Assembly: GCA_964561995.1 (NCBI GenBank)
Contig: CAZLQZ010000001.1
Span: forward strand, 20,867-44,866
Direction: 5' to 3'
From: an uncultured Methanosarcinales archaeon
GTDB lineage: Archaea > Nanobdellota > Nanobdellia > Woesearchaeales > JABIAG01
Length of the DNA: 24,000 nt
The stretch's first letter is position 1; the number at the start of each line of letters is the position of its first letter. Below, one piece after another: positions 19,056 to 24,000 of the stretch. Both the position numbers and the translations under genes were made by a program. The notes beneath the pieces were generated by a model. It was not told the DNA's origin. It made no database searches and saw only the letters and a program-made list of their open reading frames with translations.

Positions 19056-19501
19056 AATTAATTTATTTTTTTATTTTTTTAATTTGTATAAATTCAGTGT
19101 TTGCATCTGGATTTGGTGTTTCACCAACTAAATTATCAATTAATGAAAATGCAGACTTTTATGTCATAAATTCTAATGATTATGATACTAAATTTGTTAT
19201 ACATGTGCCAGATATAGTTGAGGTTAATAAAAAAGAATTTGTTCTTGGTTCTCATGATAAAGAAAAAATTGAAGTAATGGTTATTAAATCTGGCAAGGGT
19301 AATATTGAAATCACTTCTGAAAGTAATTTCATTTCTCCTGGTTTAATTATTCCAGTCAATGTTGAATTGAATGAAATAAACCAATCTTTTGATTTTTATA
19401 TTGAAAAAAACCAAAAAAATGGTTTTTTTGTAATATTTTTAATTAATTTAGTTGGTGCTATTATTTTAGGTATAATAAAATGGAAGAAAAAACGCTCTTA
19501 A
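19052..19501 (+). CDS. secreted protein with C-terminal membrane anchor (149 aa)
   Basis: ATGA overlap with the upstream stop. Signal peptide MKLIYFFIFLICINSVFA. C-terminal TM helix FFVIFLINLVGAIILGII followed by a basic KWKKKRS tail. Confidence 0.6.
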   Translation: MKLIYFFIFLICINSVFASGFGVSPTKLSINENADFYVINSNDYDTKFVIHVPDIVEVNKKEFVLGSHDKEKIEVMVIKSGKGNIEITSESNFISPGLIIPVNVELNEINQSFDFYIEKNQKNGFFVIFLINLVGAIILGIIKWKKKRS

Positions 19502-19803
19502 CTATATCAATAATTTGTATTTGTTTGGGATTTTCAATGCTTTTTTTTATTTATGAAAATACTGACGTTCAAGAAGTAGAAAATATAGAATTGCATCTTG
19601 ATAAGGATGTTAAGGTAAAAGGTTTTGTAAAAGAGATTAAAGAGAATAATGGAATTACTTTTATTAAATTAGAAAGAAAACAATTAATCTCTGTTGTTTT
19701 TTTTAATTCTGTTAATGTTGAAGAGTTTACTGATGTAGAAATCATTGGTGAAGTTACAACTTTTAATGGAGAATATGAAATAATTGGAAAAGAAATAAAA
19801 TAA
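19480..19803 (+). CDS. membrane-anchored OB-fold-like protein (107 aa)
   Basis: N-terminal TM helix (LLTISIICICLGFSMLFFI). VKVKGFVKEI...GITFIKLE...ISVVFF...VEIIGEVTTFNGEYEI follows the beta-strand pattern of OB-fold (tRNA_anti-like) domains. 22-nt overlap with the upstream gene. Confidence 0.45.
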   Translation: MEEKTLLTISIICICLGFSMLFFIYENTDVQEVENIELHLDKDVKVKGFVKEIKENNGITFIKLERKQLISVVFFNSVNVEEFTDVEIIGEVTTFNGEYEIIGKEIK

Positions 19804-19804
19804 A

Positions 19805-20089
19805 TTAAGCGGTAAGTCTAAATTTTTGTCCTTCTATTTTTTTTGCATTTTCATCATTTATCTCTGAATTTTCAGGTAGTAATTTCAAGTTAATTATTGT
19901 CGACAAATCCATCCATAAAATTCTATCTTTTTCAGCAACTTTAGTTAATCCTAATGGGTTAACTCTTATTAAAAAACCACTTAATTTTGTCATTCCTTCT
20001 TTTGCTTCTGTTCTTTTTCTAAATTCACTACTTACTTGTCTAATCACGTGTGATTCTGCTGATTTTATTTCATATTTTATTGTAACCAT
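19805..20089 (-). CDS. hypothetical protein (94 aa)
   Basis: ATG start and uninterrupted ORF. A GAGGA SD-like motif (plus strand TCCTC at 20096-20100) lies 6 nt upstream of the ATG (7-11 nt upstream). No recognisable family. Confidence 0.5.
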   Translation of the reverse strand: MVTIKYEIKSAESHVIRQVSSEFRKRTEAKEGMTKLSGFLIRVNPLGLTKVAEKDRILWMDLSTIINLKLLPENSEINDENAKKIEGQKFRLTA

Positions 20090-20148
20090 TTTAATTCCTC
20101 TATTTATTTAATTATTTAAAAATTAGTATTCTATGTATATTAACTTTT

Positions 20149-20715
20149 CTATTTTCTTGGGGAGTTTTGGAATTTAATTACTTCTTTTTTTTCTTTAATT
20201 CCTTTTTCTTCCATTAAATTTTGAAAATTTAAGAAAACTTCATTTGTTGCTAAAACATCACTCATTGCTCTGTGTGCTTGAGAATTAATTATGTTAAAAT
20301 GTTGACAAATTGTTCCTAATTTTTTACTTGGTAAATCAGGAAGTAATCGGTTTGCTAATCTTCTTGTACAAATTCTATCATTAATTAGTCCTTCTTCAAG
20401 ATATTTTTTTTTATTATGATCTATGAAGCCATAATCAAAAGTTGCATTGTGTGCAATTATTACGTCTTCTTTTAAGAAATCAATAAAATGTGGTAAAACT
20501 TTACTTAATGTTGGTGCAGATTCAACCATTTTATTATTAATTCCTGTCAATTTAGTGATAAAGGGAGGTATTGATACTTTAGGGTTGACTAATGTTTGAA
20601 ATTCATCAACTATTTTCTTATCTTTTACTTTTACTGCTGCAATTTCAGTAATTTTATGATAATGTTTACTTAATCCGGTTGTTTCAAGGTCTAATACAAT
20701 ATAAGGAAAACTCAT
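20149..20715 (-). CDS. DEDDh 3'-5' exonuclease (DnaQ/epsilon-like), 188 aa
   Basis: Exo I IVLDLETTGL, Exo II IIAHNATFDYGFI and Exo III HRAMSDVLAT (H-x4-D) in canonical order and spacing. Confidence 0.85.
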   Translation of the reverse strand: MSFPYIVLDLETTGLSKHYHKITEIAAVKVKDKKIVDEFQTLVNPKVSIPPFITKLTGINNKMVESAPTLSKVLPHFIDFLKEDVIIAHNATFDYGFIDHNKKKYLEEGLINDRICTRRLANRLLPDLPSKKLGTICQHFNIINSQAHRAMSDVLATNEVFLNFQNLMEEKGIKEKKEVIKFQNSPRK

Positions 20716-20794
20716 TCTTTTTTTTTAAATTACTCATTAATAAATATTTTGATGTTTTTTTTGTAATGTTTCTGGTTTTATTAGAATAATATTA

Positions 20795-21673
20795 TTATTT
20801 GAAAATATTTTCATATTCTGTTTTTTTTAAAATTGGAAAAACATGTCGTTGATCAGAATTTTTACTTCTTAAAGAAGAAGTGCCTGCATGCCCTTTAGTG
20901 CCATAATTGTTAATTTCCATCACTTCTGGAGCGTTAAAAAAACAATTGTTACACGTCATATTCCAATATCTAGTAAGGGGTTTATCATCTTCTTTTAATA
21001 CTTCCTCTCCAAGAACAATTTTTCCTAGATTTGTAATATAATCTTGTTGAATTAAATTTGTAACTAACCATAAGATTCCACTATGATGTCCAGTAAGTTC
21101 AAAATTTTCAGATATATCTTCAAATTTCGAGAAAAGTTTTTCAATTCCCGTATATGGCAATCTTGCATTTATTACTTTTTTTACTGCTTTTGTATCATAT
21201 CTTAGTTTATGACCCAATAAAACTTTGTGCCAATCTTCTTCTTTAGTTTTTCCTGGAATACTGTGTGAAAAAACAAAACTATTAACATAAATTGATTGAT
21301 TTACTTGACATAACTTTTTATTAAATTGATGTTTATGAGCAAAACTATTTGATTCATATTCATCAGCTAAGTGAACTAAACCTCTTAAACCAACTAGTTT
21401 TTTTAGTTCAGGCATACTTAACCATTCTACTTGTTCATTATTGCAATATTCCACAATGGTTTTAATTGGTCTTTTTGTAATAATTTCCATTGCTCTAAGA
21501 TCGTTTTTTGATAAAGTTTTAATAATTGGAAGTTCATTAAAGGGATGTACTTGATGACTTTGAATAAGTTCTTCTTTTTCTTTAGCTTCTCCTTCTTTTC
21601 TTTTTTGATCAGATTTAGCCCATACTTCATTCCAGTCTATTTCTTCATCTTCAAACATCTCTAATTCGTCCAT
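20795..21673 (-). CDS. hypothetical protein (292 aa), acidic N-terminus
   Basis: ATG start with TTTATAAT (21695-21702) about 26 nt upstream. Long uninterrupted ORF. No motif I can assign (notable strings: FAHKHQF, TGHHSGILW, TCNNCFF). Confidence 0.6.
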   Translation of the reverse strand: MDELEMFEDEEIDWNEVWAKSDQKRKEGEAKEKEELIQSHQVHPFNELPIIKTLSKNDLRAMEIITKRPIKTIVEYCNNEQVEWLSMPELKKLVGLRGLVHLADEYESNSFAHKHQFNKKLCQVNQSIYVNSFVFSHSIPGKTKEEDWHKVLLGHKLRYDTKAVKKVINARLPYTGIEKLFSKFEDISENFELTGHHSGILWLVTNLIQQDYITNLGKIVLGEEVLKEDDKPLTRYWNMTCNNCFFNAPEVMEINNYGTKGHAGTSSLRSKNSDQRHVFPILKKTEYENIFK

Positions 21674-21698
21674 ATTTATATGAATATTAGTGGATTTA

Positions 21699-21730
21699 TA
21701 ATTATTTCGTATTTTTCGTAATTATTTCGT
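21699..21730. repeat. direct repeat TAATTATTTCGT x2 (21699-21710, 21719-21730) with a third TTTTCGT between
   Basis: Exact 12-nt direct repeat with 20-nt period. TTCGT cores at 21706, 21715 and 21726, about one helical turn apart. Located between the two divergent TATA elements. Confidence 0.4.
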
Positions 21731-21775
21731 TTTTTTCTTATAACAATTTATTAAAAACAATAAACATGTTTAATT

Positions 21776-22966
21776 ATGATTTATTTGGCAATTTTTTTAG
21801 GGATATTTTTTGGAATTATCACTGGCTTAACTCCTGGCATTCATATAAATTTAATTTCACTTCTTTTAATTTCATCATCCAGTTATTTATTAGGTTATTT
21901 TTCATTATTATCTTTATCTTGTTTTATTGTAGCAATGAGTGTTACCCATACTTTTTTAGATTCAATTCCTTCAATTTATTTGGGAGCGCCAGATTCAGAC
22001 ACTTGTTTAGGTGTTTTGCCAGGTCATAGATATTTAATGAATGGATTAGGTTACATGGCAGTTAAACTAACCGTTATAGGAAGTTTTTTTGGATTATTGT
22101 TAAGCATTATTTTATTTCCTGTTTTGATTTATGTTGTAAAATTTGTTTATCCAGTTATTAAGGGATTGATAGGTTATATTTTGATTATTGTTGTTTTATT
22201 TATGATATTTAGAGATAAAAAGAAAATTTGGGCTCTTACTGTTTTTTTAATTTCTGGATTTTTTGGTTTTATGGTTTTAAATACTTATAATGTTGTAAAT
22301 CCATTATTTCCTTTATTGTCCGGACTTTTTGGTGTTTCAACTTTATTATTTAGTTTGAATGATAAGGTTAATATTCCTAAACAAAGGATAGAATCAAAAA
22401 TTGATATTAAGAAAAGACACGCTTTTAAGGCAATTTGTAGTTCCACTTTTGCAGGATTTTTAACTTCAATGTTTCCAGGATTAGGAGGAGCACAAGGTGC
22501 AGTTATTGCAATGCAATTTGCAAGAAATATTGGCGATCATGGTTTTATGATTTTAATGGGTGGAATTAACACAGTGAATTTTGTCTTATCATTAGTTACT
22601 CTTTTAGTACTTGGTAAGGCAAGAAATGGTGCCGTTATTGCTGTTCAAGAATTAATTCCCGAAGTAAGTATGAATCACATTATTGTGTTTGTTTTAGTTG
22701 CTTTAATTGCTGGTTCAATAGCTTCAATTTTAGCATTAGTATTTGCCAGGTGTTTTTCTAAGTTAATAACTAAAGTCAACTATAGGATGTTGGTTTTGTT
22801 AATTGTTGGATTTATTGTTGTTTTAACTTATCCTTTAAGTGGATGGATGGGTTTGTTGATACTTTTTACTTCTACTTTTCTTGGTTTTATTCCAGCAATT
22901 GTAAAATGTTCAAGAACTCACGCAATGGGTTGTTTGTTATTGCCAGTAATATCCTATTTTATATGA
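21776..22966 (+). CDS. polytopic membrane protein, TctA/DUF112-like (396 aa)
   Basis: About 10 or more hydrophobic segments. N-terminal GIITGLTPGIH and central MFPGLGGAQGA resemble the repeated G-x3-G-x2-PG motifs of the TctA/DUF112 family. TTTATTAAAA (21747-21756) at -26. Confidence 0.55.
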   Translation: MIYLAIFLGIFFGIITGLTPGIHINLISLLLISSSSYLLGYFSLLSLSCFIVAMSVTHTFLDSIPSIYLGAPDSDTCLGVLPGHRYLMNGLGYMAVKLTVIGSFFGLLLSIILFPVLIYVVKFVYPVIKGLIGYILIIVVLFMIFRDKKKIWALTVFLISGFFGFMVLNTYNVVNPLFPLLSGLFGVSTLLFSLNDKVNIPKQRIESKIDIKKRHAFKAICSSTFAGFLTSMFPGLGGAQGAVIAMQFARNIGDHGFMILMGGINTVNFVLSLVTLLVLGKARNGAVIAVQELIPEVSMNHIIVFVLVALIAGSIASILALVFARCFSKLITKVNYRMLVLLIVGFIVVLTYPLSGWMGLLILFTSTFLGFIPAIVKCSRTHAMGCLLLPVISYFI

Positions 22967-23000
22967 CAAAACTTAAATATTCCAAAAATGTTAAAATATT

Positions 23001-24000
23001 GTGAAAGATAAAATAACTCCTATAATTAGGGAAGCTTTACTTATATTAAAACCATTTGAATCTAAAGATACTATTGAACTTATTAATTTTATTCAGAATT
23101 TAAAGAAAAATGCAGTTAAAAATGGTTATAAAAAATATGAAAAAATATTTAAAAAAACAAACCCGTATAAATATTTTAATGACAATAGTAATTTGTTAGA
23201 AAAATGGAGCTATTTAGATACAAAAATTTACAATTTCTTAAGAACTTCACATAATAAGTTTATTTTAAAAAAAAGTTCGAGTTTTTCTCCTTTATTTTTA
23301 TTAAAATCTTATCAGAAAATAAAATATAGGCCCATTTTGATTAATAAACAAATAGTAAAGATTGTTGCTATTGCAAATTTTCATTCAAATAGAAATAAAA
23401 TAAGGGGTAAAACAATAAAATCTTTCTTGTATGATTTGTTATTTGATAAGTTAGAAAAAAAGGATGGCGAATTAAATTTAGAAGATACTAATTTTGTTTT
23501 AGAACATTTAGGATCTTTTATTTATGATGAACAAGAGATGTTAAAAAGATACAAAGATGAAGTTAGAGAAGATTTTTCTAGGCAAGAAATCAAAGATGAA
23601 GAAATCAATTTTGAACCTAATTTAGATGAGCTTTTTGACCATTTTGCATGGGATGATAGTTCTGTTGCTTGGTTTTTGTCTCAGGTTTTAGTTTGGGATT
23701 TAAAAGAACCTGATTTAGATAAAGCTTTAATTACTTGTTTTACTGATTTAATTATTAAATTATTAAGGAAAAATCAAGAGTATATAACAAATAATATGCA
23801 TATTAATATTTATTTTAATATAAGTAAAAGTAGGGGTTCATGTTTAGTATTAAGTAAGGACCTTGCAGAGATTACTATCTCATTTAATGAAGATTTATTG
23901 ACTCAATACATTGATAAGTTTATGTATAATGATAATAATTATATTCAACAAATTATGACTCATGAACTTGCACATTTGAGAGATTGGTCTTTTTCTAATT
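23001..24000 (+). CDS. hypothetical HExxH-motif protein (putative zinc metallopeptidase), 5' part only, at least 333 codons, continues beyond the window
   Basis: I translated this frame by hand from 23001 to 24000 and found no stop codon. An upstream in-frame TAA lies at 22992-22994, and GTG at 23001 is the first standard start (next in-frame ATG is about 540 nt later). IMTHELAHLRDW lies at 23952-23987. Missing from the ORF track, presumably because there is no stop within the window. Confidence 0.55.
   Translation, partial: MKDKITPIIREALLILKPFESKDTIELINFIQNLKKNAVKNGYKKYEKIFKKTNPYKYFNDNSNLLEKWSYLDTKIYNFLRTSHNKFILKKSSSFSPLFLLKSYQKIKYRPILINKQIVKIVAIANFHSNRNKIRGKTIKSFLYDLLFDKLEKKDGELNLEDTNFVLEHLGSFIYDEQEMLKRYKDEVREDFSRQEIKDEEINFEPNLDELFDHFAWDDSSVAWFLSQVLVWDLKEPDLDKALITCFTDLIIKLLRKNQEYITNNMHINIYFNISKSRGSCLVLSKDLAEITISFNEDLLTQYIDKFMYNDNNYIQQIMTHELAHLRDWSFSN

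Noticed and set aside
21427-22029. ORFs 21427..21630(-) and 21766..22029(+)
   Set aside because: These are alternative frames of the 292-aa gene and the TctA-like gene respectively. They are low-complexity K-rich or F-rich translations, and the longer overlapping frames have better support.

Overview
This is a strongly AT-rich archaeal chromosomal window. The gene content and rRNA divergence are consistent with a small-genome DPANN-type lineage, but that placement is an inference. The archaeal assignment rests on five observations: a complete 16S - tRNA-Ala(UGC) - 23S operon (about 12361-17154) with long-range processing stems and no linked 5S; an Orc1/Cdc6 initiator; a family-B-polymerase-like gene; TATA boxes about 26 nt upstream of start codons (leaderless-type spacing); and a few genes with strong Shine-Dalgarno sites complementary to the 16S 3' end. 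Other content: a minus-strand cluster of an Fe-alcohol dehydrogenase and two CDP-alcohol phosphatidyltransferases; a PHP phosphoesterase; a NIP7/PUA-like protein; a DsbA-like oxidoreductase; TsaC/YrdC; a metallophosphoesterase; a nitroreductase; a three-gene secreted/membrane operon led by a lamin-tail-domain protein; a DEDDh (DnaQ-like) exonuclease flanked by unknown proteins; a TctA/DUF112-like membrane protein; and a GTG-started HExxH protein running off the 3' edge that is absent from the ORF track. I found no CRISPR array, transposase or integrase. The most interesting candidates are: (1) the 594-bp apparently empty gap at 9523-10116, which holds three consecutive 108-nt micro-ORFs with Shine-Dalgarno sites, an ATGA overlap, and GC-rich hairpin/T-tract elements on both sides; (2) the 1063-aa PolB-like protein next to Orc1/Cdc6, which has canonical exonuclease motifs but no canonical polymerase motifs A or C; and (3) ORB-like direct repeats upstream of orc1/cdc6. 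All functional calls come from motif recognition by eye; no database search was run.
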